NCBI GenBank assembly: GCA_038143065.1
Contig: JAYQLI010000035.1
Location: 928,001-992,000 of the forward strand
DNA length: 64,000 nt
Reading direction: 5' to 3'
DNA from: Rhodospirillales bacterium
GTDB lineage: Bacteria; Pseudomonadota; Alphaproteobacteria; Bin95
Shown here: positions 34,414 through 46,592 of the stretch, piece after piece
Layout: every line of letters starts with the position of its first letter
How positions within the stretch are numbered: position 1 is the stretch's first letter
The notes under the pieces: model-generated
Told to the model about the DNA's origin: nothing
The model's database searches: none
The model's input: the letters and a program-made list of their open reading frames with translations, nothing else
Made by a program: the position numbers and the translations under genes

Positions 34414-35169
34414 ATGTGCACTGTTGTTCTGCTTCGGCGTCCAGAGCATGAATGGCCGTTAATTGTTGCAGCAAACAGAGATGAACGCGTTAATCGAGCA
34501 TGGGACCCCCCTGCTCGTCATTGGCCAGATCGTGCGGAAGTGATTGCAGGCAGAGATCGCGAAGCAAACGGCTCTTGGCTTGGAATGAACGACCATGGGA
34601 TAGTTGCTGCGATTCTTAACAGGTCGGGAAGCCTTGGGCCGGCCCCCGATAAGCGCAGTCGAGGAGAGCTGGTACTAGATGCATTAGATCATGCGGCCGC
34701 GCCTGATGCAGCAGAAGCTCTATCTGAAATTGATTCTGCCGCATTTAAAAGTTTCAATCTCGTTATTGCTGATGCCGAGCGAGCTTTCTGGGTAAAAGGT
34801 GAAGGAAATGGGGCTCCAGAAGTCTCGGAAGTACCTGACGGCATATCTATTTTCACTGCGCACGATATGAATGATGTACTGTCATCGCCTCGCACCCGCC
34901 ATTACCTTCCTTTATTTCAGAAAGCCCCTCCACCTAATCCGCAGCTTGGTGAATGGAAAGCCTGGGAAAATCTGGTTGCATCGAGAGAAATGGGAGCTGG
35001 GCAGACCGACGCCAACGCTGCTATTCACGTTGAAACAGATTGGGGTTTCGGAACAGTTTCGACTTCTTTGATCGCCTTGCCTTCGCTTGCAAATACAAAT
35101 CTTACTCCTAAATGGCGCTTCACCGAGGCATGGCCGATGCGACAACCGTACCGAGACATCTTGGCGTAA
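34414..35169 (+). CDS. NRDE/TANGO2 family protein
   Basis: MC start, AANRDE, GRD..GSWLG, SRGELV, FGTVST. Confidence 0.9.
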   Translation: MCTVVLLRRPEHEWPLIVAANRDERVNRAWDPPARHWPDRAEVIAGRDREANGSWLGMNDHGIVAAILNRSGSLGPAPDKRSRGELVLDALDHAAAPDAAEALSEIDSAAFKSFNLVIADAERAFWVKGEGNGAPEVSEVPDGISIFTAHDMNDVLSSPRTRHYLPLFQKAPPPNPQLGEWKAWENLVASREMGAGQTDANAAIHVETDWGFGTVSTSLIALPSLANTNLTPKWRFTEAWPMRQPYRDILA

Positions 35170-35277
35170 CTGAACGCAATGCATTCAAGGTCCGCATATC
35201 GTATAAGATAAAACGACTCTGGTATTGAGAATATCAACATCAGTCATTTTTATAGTTATATCGAAAGTTGCCCCACC

Positions 35278-36081
35278 ATGGCCCGCCGCAGACGCATTTA
35301 TGAAGGTAAGGCAAAGGTTTTATTTGAAGGACCTGAGCCAGGCACAATTGTCCAGTACTTTAAGGACGACGCCACTGCATTCAATAATCAGAAGCATGCC
35401 GTACTTGAAGGAAAAGGCGTACTCAATAACCGCATTAGTGAGTATCTCATGATGCGACTGCAGGATGTTGGTGTGCCAACTCATTTCATTAAACGACTAA
35501 ATATGCGGGAACAGCTTGTCAGGGAAGTTGATATAATTCCGATAGAAGTAGTGGTTAGAAATGTTGCGGCAGGCTCATTCTCTAAACGATTTGGCGTAGC
35601 AGAAGGTTCGCCATTACCTCGCTCAATCGTGGAGTATTATTATAAAGCAGATGAGCTAGGCGACCCAATGGTAACCGAGGAACATATAACTGCCTTTGGA
35701 TGGGCTTCACCTGCTGACCTGGATGATATGTTCAATCTGGCACTCAGGATAAATGACTATCTTACAGGGCTTTTCATAGGTTGCGGTCTCCGGCTAGTTG
35801 ACTTCAAAGTTGAGTTTGGCCGTCACCTTACCGAAGACTCTGAACAAATCGTTCTGGCTGATGAAATTAGTCCTGACAGCTGTCGGCTCTGGGATATAAC
35901 TTCAAACGAAGTTCTGGATAAAGATCGATTTAGAAAGGATATGGGAGGCGTAATCGAGGCATATCGTGAGGTGGCACGACGTCTGGGTATTCTTCAAGAG
36001 CAAAATGCAAATGTGACGGAAATTAACTCAGGAAAATCAAAAACAACTGGTCCAAAGTCTATCGAAGGAGGCAAGGAATGA
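35278..36081 (+). CDS. purC: SAICAR synthetase
   Basis: [44 protein letters not shown]. Confidence 0.96.
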   Translation: MARRRRIYEGKAKVLFEGPEPGTIVQYFKDDATAFNNQKHAVLEGKGVLNNRISEYLMMRLQDVGVPTHFIKRLNMREQLVREVDIIPIEVVVRNVAAGSFSKRFGVAEGSPLPRSIVEYYYKADELGDPMVTEEHITAFGWASPADLDDMFNLALRINDYLTGLFIGCGLRLVDFKVEFGRHLTEDSEQIVLADEISPDSCRLWDITSNEVLDKDRFRKDMGGVIEAYREVARRLGILQEQNANVTEINSGKSKTTGPKSIEGGKE

Positions 36082-36319
36082 GGGCTCGTGTTTCGATCCG
36101 TTTACGCCCTGATGTCCTTGATCCTCAGGGTAAGGCAATTGGACAGGCATTAGTCACCTTGGGTTTTTTGGTGTTAATAATGTTCGCCAAGGCAAGCTTA
36201 TCGAATTGGATGTGGAAGCTTCAGATGTAAGCAGTGCCGAACAGCAAGTACAGGCGATGTGCGAAAAATTACTCGCAAACCCAGTGATTGAAGATTATGA
36301 CATAGAGATCATAGCCTAA
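36078..36319 (+). CDS. purS: FGAM synthase subunit PurS (frameshift at a T-run near 36165)
   Basis: [28 protein letters not shown] read across the shift; lies between purC and purQ. Confidence 0.92.
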
Positions 36320-36986
36320 TGCGCACAGCTATAGTCGTTTTTCCGGGTTCCAATCGAGAGCGCGACATGGCTCTTGCCTGCCAGCGTGCATTTAATACAG
36401 ATCCTATCTTTGTTTGGCATGGTGACACAGACCTTCCTGAAGTCGATTTAGTTACTCTGCCAGGCGGCTTCAGTTATGGGGATTATCTTAGGCCAGGCGC
36501 TATCGCTGCAAGAGCCCCTATAATGGATGCCATCAGAGCCCATGCTCGCAAAGGGCGCCCAGTGTTAGGTGTATGCAACGGTTTTCAAATTTTAATTGAG
36601 TCTGGACTTCTAGCAGGCGCCCTTCTCAGAATTTCTGCCCTAAAATTTGTCTGCAGAGAGACGACGCTGATCTGTGGAACCTCCAACTCCCCATTTACTC
36701 GCAAGATGCAGGCCGGGACAAGCAAAATAACGGTCCCTGTAGCTCACCATGACGGCGGCTATTTTGTAACTCCAGACCAGAAAAAATGTTGGAAGATCGT
36801 GATCTCGTCGCTTTTCGTTATGAACCTGGGGACAACCCGAATGGTTCAACTGGCGACATTGCAGGTGTTCTAAATGCTGATCGGAATGTTCTCGGTTTAA
36901 TGCCTCACCCAGAAAATGCAGTGGACCCTCTCACAGGCGGTGATGATGGTTTAATTATTTTCAAAAGCTTATTAGCGGCGGCCTAA
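36319..36986 (+). CDS. purQ: FGAM synthase glutaminase subunit (frameshift near 36785)
   Basis: [32 protein letters not shown]. Confidence 0.95.
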
Positions 36987-36990
36987 ACAA

Positions 36991-39181
36991 ATGCTCCCAG
37001 AAGAACCAGAAATTACCGATGAATTGGTTGCCGCACATGGTTTAACCCCAGAAGAGTACCAGCTTGTACTTCAGATAATGGGGCGAACACCAAATCTAAC
37101 AGAGCTCGGTGTTTTTTCTGCGATGTGGAGCGAACATTGTTCATATAAGTCATCTAAGAAGCACTTAAAAACTCTGCCTACCGAAGCCCCATGGGTTATT
37201 TGTGGACCTGGCGAGAATGCAGGGGTCGTGGATATTGGCGATGGTATGGCTGCGATCTTCAAGATGGAAAGTCATAATCACCCATCATTTATTGAACCTT
37301 ACCAAGGAGCTGCAACAGGTGTTGGGGGAATCCTAAGAGATGTGTTCACAATGGGGCTAGGCCTATCGCTAATCTCAATGCCCTTCGGTTTGGCAGTCCC
37401 AACCATCCAAAGACAAAGAGCCTGGTTGGAGGTGTTGTAGCCGGCATTGGAGGTTATGGAAATTGTGTTGGCGTCCCCACTGTTGGCGGGGAATGTGAGT
37501 TTGATGCTTCATACAATGGCAACAATCTCGTAAACGCAATGACAATTGGTGTGGCTCAGGCAGATAGAATTTTTTATTCAACTGCTGCTGGCATCGGTAA
37601 TCCTGTTGTATATGTGGGATCTAAAACTGGACGTGATGGAATTCACGGAGCATCCATGGCATCCGCTGAATTTGATGACGAATCAGAAGCTAAGAGGCCA
37701 ACTGTGCAGGTTGGTGATCCCTTTGCCGAAAAACTACTAATCGAAGCCTGTCTTGAATTAATGGCAACTGATGCAATTGTGGCCATTCAAGATATGGGAG
37801 CAGCTGGCCTAACATCCTCCTCCTTTGAAATGGCTGGTAAAGGTGGGCTTGGCCTCGACCTTTATCTTGACCAAGTTCCCATGCGTGAAGAAGGCATGAC
37901 ACCCTATGAGTTGATGCTTTCCGAAAGCCAGGAACGTATGCTCATTGTAATGAAGCCAGGTCAGGAAGATGTTGCTGCGAATATTTTTCTAAAATGGGGT
38001 CTCGATTTTGCTGTAATTGGCAAACTTACTGATACCGGTCGCATGAGACTGCATTGGCATGGCGAAATTGCTGGTGATTTGCCTATCCAACCACTTTCAG
38101 AAGCCTCACCTGAATACGACCGCCCATACACCATCCCTTCAGCTCGCCCTCACTTAGACCCCCATTCAGTTAAGGGTGAGGATTTAACCTCTGCTCTTGT
38201 TAAGCTGGTTGGTGGACCAAACCTATCTTCCCGGCGCTGGATATGGGAACAGTACGACAGCCTTGTAAGAGGTGATACAATTCACGGGCCCGGTGGAGAC
38301 GCAGCATTAATTCGTTTAGGTGACGGACCTAAAGGCCTAGCTGCAACAAGCGATGTTACTCCAAGATACTGTGCAGCAGACCCCATTGAAGGTGGCCGTC
38401 AAGCTGTAACAGAAGCATGGCGCAATCTTATCGCGTCTGGTGCAAAGCCCTTAGCGGTCACGGATAACCTGAACTTTGGCAACCCTGAGAAGCCTGAAAT
38501 TATGGGCCAATTTGTTGGCTGCATTCAAGGAATGGGAGACGCCTGCAGAGCTTTGAATTTCCCTGTAGTTTCGGGGAATGTATCACTCTATAATGAGACC
38601 AATGGTCAAGCGATTTTGCCAACGCCAACCATTGGGGCCATTGGGATTGTCGACGATATCAATAAAGCAACAACTCTGGCTTTAGAACCCGGTTTAGACC
38701 TGCTGCTTGTAGGCGAGACTGAAGGCTGGCTTGGTGCCTCACGTTATCTAATGGAAATCGAAGGAAGGGCTGATGGAGCTCCTCCACCGGTTAATCTTTC
38801 GGCCGAACTTCAGAACGGAAAATTCGTCTCTGAAATGATCTCAAAAGGTTTTTGCCGTATTTGTCATGACCTTTCAGGCGGAGGGCTTGCAGTAGGCCTT
38901 GCAAAGATGGTGATAGCTGGTGGCGTTGGAGCCAATATCCAAATACCAGATGGGGTAACCGCGGTGTTCTGGTTATTTGGGAAGATCAGGCACGGTATCT
39001 CCTGGCGGTATCTGATACGACCCGTGTGATTGAGGAAGCAAAGAAAGCGGGTATTCCTATATCGTGCGTTGGTCAAACAGGCGGTGAAAAGTTGACTGTT
39101 AATGACGCAATCTCCATATCAATCTCAGATTTAGAGCAAGCGTATGAAGGATGGTTTCCATCCTTCATGGCGGGCGCCTAA
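36991..39181 (+). CDS. purL: FGAM synthase subunit PurL (frameshifted)
   Basis: [46 protein letters not shown]. Confidence 0.95.
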
Positions 39182-39203
39182 GCTAAACGGAGAGGAACGC
39201 GCC

Positions 39204-39443
39204 ATGGCTATGGATGCAAGTCAAATCGAGCAACTTATCAAAGAGGCGATGCCAGACGCGACTGTCGAAATACGTGATTTGGCAGGCGATGGCGATCATT
39301 ACGCTGCGCATGTCACTTCAATTGCTTTCAAAGGCAAAAATAGAGTGCAACAGCACCAACTCGTCTATGCCGCCCTTAAAGGGAGAATGGGTGGAGAATT
39401 ACACGCCCTTGCTCTCCAAACCTCAATACCTGAGGATGCCTAA
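39204..39443 (+). CDS. bolA: BolA family protein
   Basis: DLAGDGDHY, FKGKNRVQQHQLVY, LHALAL. Confidence 0.92.
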   Translation: MAMDASQIEQLIKEAMPDATVEIRDLAGDGDHYAAHVTSIAFKGKNRVQQHQLVYAALKGRMGGELHALALQTSIPEDA

Positions 39444-39466
39444 CCTCTTTTGTGAAGGAGACTTTC

Positions 39467-39805
39467 ATGTCTGACGTAAATGCACGTATCCAAGCTGAAA
39501 TCGACGAAAACGCAGTTGTCCTATTTATGAAAGGTACACCTGTTTTTCCACAGTGCGGTTTCTCTGCAATGACTGTTCAGGTTCTTACTCACGTAGGAGT
39601 CCCATTTAAAGGAATCAACGTTCTAGAAGATATGGACATTCGCGAGGGTGTAAAGCAATTCTCAAATTGGCCAACCATTCCTCAGCTTTACGTAAAGGGA
39701 GAGTTCATCGGTGGCTGCGACATCGTTCGCGAAATGTATGAGTCCGGCGAACTTGAGCAGCTGATGAATGACAAAGGTGTAGTAGCTGCAGAGCAACAAG
39801 CTTAA
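39467..39805 (+). CDS. grxD: Monothiol glutaredoxin Grx4
   Basis: PQCGFS, WPTIPQLY, GGCDI. Confidence 0.95.
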   Translation: MSDVNARIQAEIDENAVVLFMKGTPVFPQCGFSAMTVQVLTHVGVPFKGINVLEDMDIREGVKQFSNWPTIPQLYVKGEFIGGCDIVREMYESGELEQLMNDKGVVAAEQQA

Positions 39806-39829
39806 TCAAGGTTAATAGGAGGCGTTGGC

Positions 39830-41091
39830 ATGAACGTGTTTGATGCCATCGCGCTCCTTCTCGTCGCCACAGCATTAGCGGCATATATCAATCATCGATT
39901 ACTGAGGTTACCCCACACAATTGGCGTAGCCCTTGCCGCATTGATTGGGTCTTTCGTCGTACTCCTTATAGATTTACTTCTACCCAGCCTGTCGCTCGCC
40001 GAGCGAATGGTTAGTTTTATAGATAGCTTGGAGTTTGCCGACACTCTGCTGCAAGGAATGTTGAGTTTTTTGCTGTTCGCTGGGGCGCTTCATGTAGACC
40101 TAGACCGTCTTGCAGAACGGAAATGGCCAATCGCACTCTTGGCAACCGCAGGCGTAATAATCTCAACATTTGTTGTAGCTACCATAGTCTATTTTGGCTT
40201 TGAAATCATTGGTCATCCGATACCCTTTATTTGGTCTTTGGCCTTTGGCGCTTTGATTTCTCCGACTGACCCTGTGGCCACTCTTGGAATATTAAAGTCT
40301 TTACGGGTGCCCCCCTTCCGTTGCTGCAAAAATCGCTGGCGAAAGTCTTTTTAACGATGGCGTTGGCGTTGTCGTTTTTATTGTAATTGTTGGAATTGCA
40401 TCTGGCACCGGCGGAGGCGACAGCGCGTCAGAAGTCCTAATTTTCGCTGGCGAGATTTTCGTATTAGAAGCTTTTGGAGGGGCATTACTAGGATTGGTTG
40501 CCGGGTATTGTTGTTTTCTGGCTCTTGCAAGTGTTGATGATCACATAGTGGAAATCTTGTTAACGCTTGGGCTATGCGCAGGGCGTCTATTCACTTGCCT
40601 CATCTCTTCACCTTTCTGGCCCAATAGCAGTTGTGATTGCAGGACTTTTAATTGGTAACCAAGGTGTTGACCGTGCAATGACGGATCATACCCGCGACAA
40701 TCTTCTGCGGTTTTGGGAACTTTCAGACGAAATTCTAAATTCAGTTCTTTTCATGCTCTTGGGAATGGAAGCAATTGTAGTTGGTCTATCATGGGAATTG
40801 CTTCTAGCCGGAATAGTCGCAATCATCGCTATGCTCGCTGGAAGAGTTTCAGCAGTCGCAGCCGTTCTTTTTGCCTTCCGTCATACTGATGACTTCGACA
40901 AAGGGTCAGGAAAAGCGCTGATTTGGGGAGGGCTTAAAGGAGGCATCTCCGTCGCCCTTGCGCTTTCCTTGCCAGAAAGTGACGCAAAATCAGTACTTAT
41001 CGGGGTAACTTATATTGCTGTGGTATTCTCCTTACTTGCTCAAGGGCTTACCCTTCAGAGGGTACTAGGGCGAGCTTTTACCGATAGTTAG
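39830..41091 (+). CDS. Na+/H+ antiporter, CPA1/NhaP family (frameshifted)
   Basis: FLLFAGALH, FGALISPTDPVA, GESLFNDG (in the shifted frame), WGGLKGGISVALAL. Confidence 0.88.
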
Positions 41092-41180
41092 TTTATTCTT
41101 AAGCATTTAAGTGTTTGATAAAGCGCACAACGCGTTATAAACCGCTTTATACTTTTGCGCTGTTTAAATCCTAACAATAT

Positions 41181-42797
41181 GTGAGCATCAATCCAGTGAA
41201 CAATGCAGACTTAATTGTCCAGTCCCTGAAAGAAGCGGGCATCACCCACGGTTTCGGTATCCCAAGCGGCAACGTCTTGCCCATGATTGATGCCATGCGG
41301 CGCGGAGGCATGGAATTTGTTTTGACTGCGCACGAAGGCTCCGCTTCTTTCGCGGCCGACGTTATGGGCAGACTAACGGGGAACCCTGGGTTTTGTATAG
41401 CGACCCTTGGACCAGGGGCAACTAATCTTGCGACGGGCGTAGGTTCAGCTTTCCTAGATCGTTCTCCAATGATCGCTATCACCTGTAATTTAAATACGCC
41501 GCAACTCGGCAGACGAATTCAAATGTGGATTGACCACCACGCACTCTTCCGCCCAATAACCAAAGCAACTTTAGCCGCACGGCATGACAATGTTGCTGAA
41601 GTAATGCGAGAAGCAATCTCAATTGCGCTGGCAGAGCCGCAAGGCCCGGTCCATATTGATCTGCCAGAAGATGTTTCACTCGCAGAAGCCAAGGGAGTGG
41701 CCCCTGCAGGAATTGCTCCAGCGACACGGCTTCCTAATGCTCAAGCAGAGGCATTGGCTAATGCTTCCAAAATTATATCGGAAGCAAAACGTCCGATTGC
41801 TGTTATCGGAAGTTCTGCAATGCGTATGCAAAGTCCCGAAAACTAACGGCATTCTTGGAAAGCATCGTATACCCTTTGCAACAACTACAATGGCGAAAGG
41901 CTTTGTGGATGATGATCACCCACTTGCCATTGGCTGCATAGAGCGCGGGCGTAGACAAGTTCAGAGATCATTTATTCGTTCTTGCGATCTCATACTTGGC
42001 CTTGGATATGATACAATCGAGGTGGAGTATGAAGCCTGGTCGTCAGACGTACCTGTTTTATCCCTAGATATAGAACCACCTGACGTTGCCGAAAGCGTTA
42101 ATCTCCAGGGGGCAGTCTCTGGTGATCTTGACGATATGCTTGAGCGTTTGGCGGGTATTACCACAATTCCAAATTCCTGAATGAAACTGAAATTAAAGCG
42201 CACAGAGAAAATTTTCAGGAGAGTCTTCGCCCTGATACAGCATCTTTCACTCCATGGCAGGCAATCGATGTTGTGCGTGAAGTGACCTCTAAAGATGGCA
42301 TATTATCATTTGACGTTGGCGCCCATACACACCAAATCGCCAGCCAATGGTCCGCGCACGCTCCTCGAGAATTTCTTATAACAAATGGATGGTCGTCAAT
42401 GGGGTTTGGACTCCCAGGCGCCATAGCAGCAAAGATTTCAAACCCAGATAAACCTGTCGTATGCCTGCTAGGTGATGGGTGTTTCCAGATGACAGCTGGT
42501 GAACTCGCTACGCTGCGTCGGATGAAGCTAGCTGTTCCAGTTGTAGTTCTGGATGACCGTTGGTTAAGCCTTATTCAGATCAAGCAACACAAGAGACAGT
42601 ATGAACAGTATGGCTCTAACGTTGAACCAGAGCCATATCGAGAACCTCCAAGCCACTATTTCAACGTCCCTACAGTAGGTGTTCGTAACCCAGATGACCT
42701 CCGAAAGGCTTTAGAAGCGGCTTTTAAAGCAGATGGCCCAACAGTTATTGAAGCTGTGGTAGATGGTTCACATTATTTTGAGACTGTGTTCGATTAA
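41181..42797 (+). CDS. Thiamine pyrophosphate-binding enzyme, acetolactate synthase-like (frameshifted)
   Basis: HEGSASFAA, TLGPGATN, GPVHIDLP, SMGFGLPGAIAA, GDGCFQM. Confidence 0.88.
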
Positions 42798-43774
42798 TGG
42801 CTAATTGGATTGCATTAGCTGGCACGCAAGAACTTCCCATTGCTGAGGAGCTTGCTATCGCAGCGCTGGAGGGCGTCGCAGATACTCGTACGATTCCTCT
42901 GCCATACAAGAAACTTACTCCAGAAGAAGAAGCTCATTGGGCAAAGGAGCTCGCAGGGGCATCCGGTATCCTGCTTAGGTCGGGCTATCTGCCGGATTCG
43001 CTATTAGCTCTCTTACCGGTTCTGAAAGTTGTTGCAGTTCATGGCGCTGGGGTAGATCCGGTGGATATAGAAGCGTGCACCAAGCGCGGAATTAAAGTCA
43101 CCAATGCACCAGGTGCAAATGCTAACGCCGTTGCAGAATTAGTCTTTGGATTAATGCTAACTTTGTTACGCGGTATCCCCCAAGCCTCACAGTCTGCAAT
43201 GTTGGAGAAGGCGTGGGATACGGCGAGGGTAACAGGAGGGGAACTAAAGAACAGAACTCTTGGGCTCATAGGCTTTGGTCAGATTGGCAAACGCGTAGCC
43301 AAAATTGCACAGGCTTTTGGAATGGACGTGGCAGCCAGTGACCCAGCTGTAACTGAAGACGTTATGAACGCCGAAGGTGTCACCTCGATGCCGCTAGAAA
43401 CATTGTTTAACAAAAGTCACATTATTTCCCTTCATGCGCCAGCAATTCCTGCAACTAAACAAATGATTAATGCAGATTCCTTGCGGCAAATGCGAACAGA
43501 CGCTCTGCTGATTAACTGTGCTCGAGGGGCATTAGTTGATGAAGCAGCCTTAGCTGAAGCTCTTCGAAAAGGTCAAATCGCAGGAGCGGCGCTAGATGTT
43601 CTTGATGGCGAGCCGCCTGACCCCAATAGTCCGCTTTATCAAGCTCCCAATCTTCTCATCACCCCCCACATGGCAGGCTCCACGCTAGAGTGTCTAAACA
43701 CAATTGCAGCTGCATGCGGAGCAGACATCGCCTCTGTACTCATGGGTCAGATGCCCAAACACCCAGTTAACTAA
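42797..43774 (+). CDS. D-isomer-specific 2-hydroxyacid dehydrogenase (SerA-like, no ACT domain)
   Basis: VTNAPGAN..VAE, GLIGFGQIG, INCARG, LDV, TPHMAG. Confidence 0.9.
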   Translation: MANWIALAGTQELPIAEELAIAALEGVADTRTIPLPYKKLTPEEEAHWAKELAGASGILLRSGYLPDSLLALLPVLKVVAVHGAGVDPVDIEACTKRGIKVTNAPGANANAVAELVFGLMLTLLRGIPQASQSAMLEKAWDTARVTGGELKNRTLGLIGFGQIGKRVAKIAQAFGMDVAASDPAVTEDVMNAEGVTSMPLETLFNKSHIISLHAPAIPATKQMINADSLRQMRTDALLINCARGALVDEAALAEALRKGQIAGAALDVLDGEPPDPNSPLYQAPNLLITPHMAGSTLECLNTIAAACGADIASVLMGQMPKHPVN

Positions 43775-43895
43775 AAATTGAACCAACCTAAAACTTCTGA
43801 TTGGAAAAATGGCTATCTATCAGAATTATGCTGTTGGACATAGCTTGAGAGACTTTCAGAGCGACCACTAGGTTTTGAACCAAAAATTCAGCCTA

Positions 43896-44555
43896 TCACC
43901 TACCTGTTTCAGTACCTCCAAACAGGACAATTTGATCCTCAGGTTTCCAGGCAGGATATTTTGTCATTACAGATTGGAAGAGTTTGCTATCCAGTTGAGT
44001 ATTAAACCAGGCCTGCAGTAGAGGATATGGTGCTCCATCGAACCAGGCTTTGTCGACGAAAGCAAACTGTCGAACGAATGGAAATGCTGCGATATCTGGT
44101 AAGGTTATTCGAGAACCGAACAGCCCTGCCCCGTCATTCGCGGCCAACTTCTCTTCTAAAAGAGACAGGAATAACGCACCTTCATCACGATAGTCACTTT
44201 GCGAACGCTCCGGATGGTTCACAAAATATTTGTAACGATCGAGCGATCTTTTGAAACTCCCATCCAGTTCGCTGATAAAATCAGCTGCCGCATTAGCGGT
44301 CTCCAGCCAATCATCTGGATCATTGATAGCCAGCGCCCAAAACATCACGTCAATGCTTTCTTCTAGCACCGAGTCATTGGGCAAATGTAAAACGGGCACC
44401 GTCCCTTTGGGCGACAGCTCTAGCATAGCTGCGGGCTTGTCCCGAAGCACAACTTCACGCAGCTCGCAGGTAACGCCTGATTGCATGATGGCCATTCTAG
44501 CCCGCATGGCATAAGGGCAGCGCCTAAACGAATATAGGACAGGATAGCTTTGCAT
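43896..44555 (-). CDS. Glutathione S-transferase family protein
   Basis: LYSFRRCPYAMRAR, SPKGTVPVL, ESIDVM, FPFVRQFA. Confidence 0.9.
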   Translation of the reverse strand: MQSYPVLYSFRRCPYAMRARMAIMQSGVTCELREVVLRDKPAAMLELSPKGTVPVLHLPNDSVLEESIDVMFWALAINDPDDWLETANAAADFISELDGSFKRSLDRYKYFVNHPERSQSDYRDEGALFLSLLEEKLAANDGAGLFGSRITLPDIAAFPFVRQFAFVDKAWFDGAPYPLLQAWFNTQLDSKLFQSVMTKYPAWKPEDQIVLFGGTETGR

Positions 44556-44561
44556 AGTCTA

Positions 44562-45479
44562 TCAGTCGTCTCCGTCTTTTCGCGCCTCTGCCAAGTCCAT
44601 CTGTTTTTGGCGTTCCTTCAGCCCAGCAACTTTCGCGGCACTATGCTTTCCATAACAATGGGGACAGGACACACCAAGTTGATAATGTGGCGAGGCTAAA
44701 TCCACCTCTGACAAAGGCATACGGCAACCGAAGCAAGATATATACTTGCCTGGTGCCAGATTTTCGTCGACAGAAACGCGCTCATCGAAAACAAAGCATT
44801 CACCACTCCAGAGGCTTTCATCCTTATCGACAGTCTCCAAGTATTTCAGGATCCCACCATCCAAGTGATATACTTCCTCAAATCCCTGCCTAAGAAGGTA
44901 GTTTGTTGCTTTTTCACAGCGAATACCGCCAGTACAGAACATCGCAATTTTGCGATGTTTCTGTGGGTCAAGCTGCGTATCAACAAAGTGAGGAAACTCC
45001 CGGAAAGATGTAGTATTTGGGGATATCGCATTTTTAAATGTGCCAATTGCGCACTCAAAATCGTTTCGCGTATCGATCGTAAGCACTTCCGGATCCGTTA
45101 TAATATCATTCCAACGCTTGGCATCAACTCGTTCCCCACACAACTTATTAGGGTCTGTATCTGGTACCCCCATAGTTACGATTTCTCGCTTTAGTCGAAC
45201 CTTCATACGCCGGAAAGGCGACGACGCTGCATAAGATTCTTTGTGCTGCAATGTCTCGAAACGGGGATCCGCTTTCAAAAACTCCAACAAGGCATCCATC
45301 CCTGTTCGGGGACCAGCCACCGTGCCATTAAGACCCTCATACGCTAAAAGGATCGTGCCTTTTATCTGGTTTTGAACGCAGACATGTAACAATCTTGGCT
45401 TTAGTGCCTCGATGTCATCTAGGGTAACAAAGTGGTACATTGCAACCACAATGGTTGTCTTTTCGGATGGGCTGCTCAT
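44562..45479 (-). CDS. trhO: tRNA uridine(34) hydroxylase (rhodanese domain, UPF0176)
   Basis: EGLNGT, KREIVTMG, IDTRN, FCTGGIRCEKA, GGILKYLE, FVFDERV. Confidence 0.9.
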   Translation of the reverse strand: MSSPSEKTTIVVAMYHFVTLDDIEALKPRLLHVCVQNQIKGTILLAYEGLNGTVAGPRTGMDALLEFLKADPRFETLQHKESYAASSPFRRMKVRLKREIVTMGVPDTDPNKLCGERVDAKRWNDIITDPEVLTIDTRNDFECAIGTFKNAISPNTTSFREFPHFVDTQLDPQKHRKIAMFCTGGIRCEKATNYLLRQGFEEVYHLDGGILKYLETVDKDESLWSGECFVFDERVSVDENLAPGKYISCFGCRMPLSEVDLASPHYQLGVSCPHCYGKHSAAKVAGLKERQKQMDLAEARKDGDD

Positions 45480-45492
45480 TACTCACCGTCCT

Positions 45493-46266
45493 CTATTCTG
45501 GATAGTCCCGAGCAAAAACTAGGCGATGTGCTTTTGAGGCAGATGACTGAAACACGTAGCCACCAGTATTAAAATCTTTCAGGTCATCAACCATTTCAGC
45601 ACGATTTTTTACTACGAAGCGAGCCATCGCTCCGCGTGCTTTCTTAGCGTGAAAGCTTACAACCTTTTCCACCCCACCCTTACGTTCCAAGAAAACAGGC
45701 TCAACAATGGTTAAATTTAGTGTTTTTTGGTCTACTGATCCGAAATATTCCTGGCTGGCACAGTTTAACAGCAGGTTTGCACCTTCAGCCTCAGCCTCTG
45801 AATTCAGGGTTTGGGCGAGTTTTTTGCCCCAAAATTCGTATAGGTTCGATCCGCGAGAGGTTTGCAGGCGGCTTCCCATTTCAAGTCTGTAGGGCTGAAT
45901 TCGATCCATGGGCCGCAATAATCCGTAGAGGCCGGATAAGATACGCAAGCGTCGCTGCGCAAAAGCCATGTCAGATTGATTTAGTGTTTTGGCTTCGAGG
46001 CCTTGATAGGTGTCTCCTCCAAAGGCCAGGACTGCCGGTTTAACAAGATCTGCAGACGGAGCAGCCGAAAACGCCTTGAACCGTTCAAAATTTAGCTTTG
46101 CAAGTGGTTCGCTAATACTCATGAGTTTTTGGAGATCAGACGTCGATAGCTTGCGCGCAGTTTTTGCCAAAGCCAGCGCTTCTTTCTGAAACGCCGGATC
46201 CGTCGCCGACGACATCTCAACCGGCGTGAAATCTAAGCGTTTAGCAGGAGATATTACTGTCAGCAT
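45493..46266 (-). CDS. yaaA: Peroxide stress protein YaaA (UPF0246)
   Basis: MLTVISPAKRLDF, ILSGLYGLLRP, YRLEMG, KKARG. Confidence 0.93.
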   Translation of the reverse strand: MLTVISPAKRLDFTPVEMSSATDPAFQKEALALAKTARKLSTSDLQKLMSISEPLAKLNFERFKAFSAAPSADLVKPAVLAFGGDTYQGLEAKTLNQSDMAFAQRRLRILSGLYGLLRPMDRIQPYRLEMGSRLQTSRGSNLYEFWGKKLAQTLNSEAEAEGANLLLNCASQEYFGSVDQKTLNLTIVEPVFLERKGGVEKVVSFHAKKARGAMARFVVKNRAEMVDDLKDFNTGGYVFQSSASKAHRLVFARDYPE

Positions 46267-46558
46267 AGATGGTCCTTGCGTCGTGTTCACATTAAAAACT
46301 GTTATACCGCAACTAGTGCTGCAAACCACTCCTCGATAGTTACAGTATTGCACTAGAGAGCTACATTTTTGAAAAAGAGTTAAAGTCAAACACTGCATGA
46401 GTTTGAAAAGGAGCACCAAGAAATCAGCAGATCTAAATCTTTTAGACACGACTTTAATGCGTACAGCAGTGACCTCCGTCACCCCCCGCGCTTCAGCAAT
46501 GAACCTACACGGCCTTTGCTCCTAACCCTGATGAACACACTTAATCAAAAATTAAAAG

Positions 46559-46590
46559 TTGACATCTAAGCGTCAGTAATCGAGTAATCT
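46559..46590 (+). promoter_or_regulatory. Putative sigma70 promoter of the metZ leader
   Basis: Perfect TTGACA at 46559-46564 and a GAGTAATCT -10 region directly before the riboswitch. Confidence 0.55.
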
Positions 46591-46592
46591 TA

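Noticed and set aside
46267-46540. N-terminal extension of YaaA in the ORF track and a 42-aa + strand ORF
   Set aside because: YaaA homology starts at MLTVISPAK (46266). The small ORF has no recognisable motif or convincing RBS.
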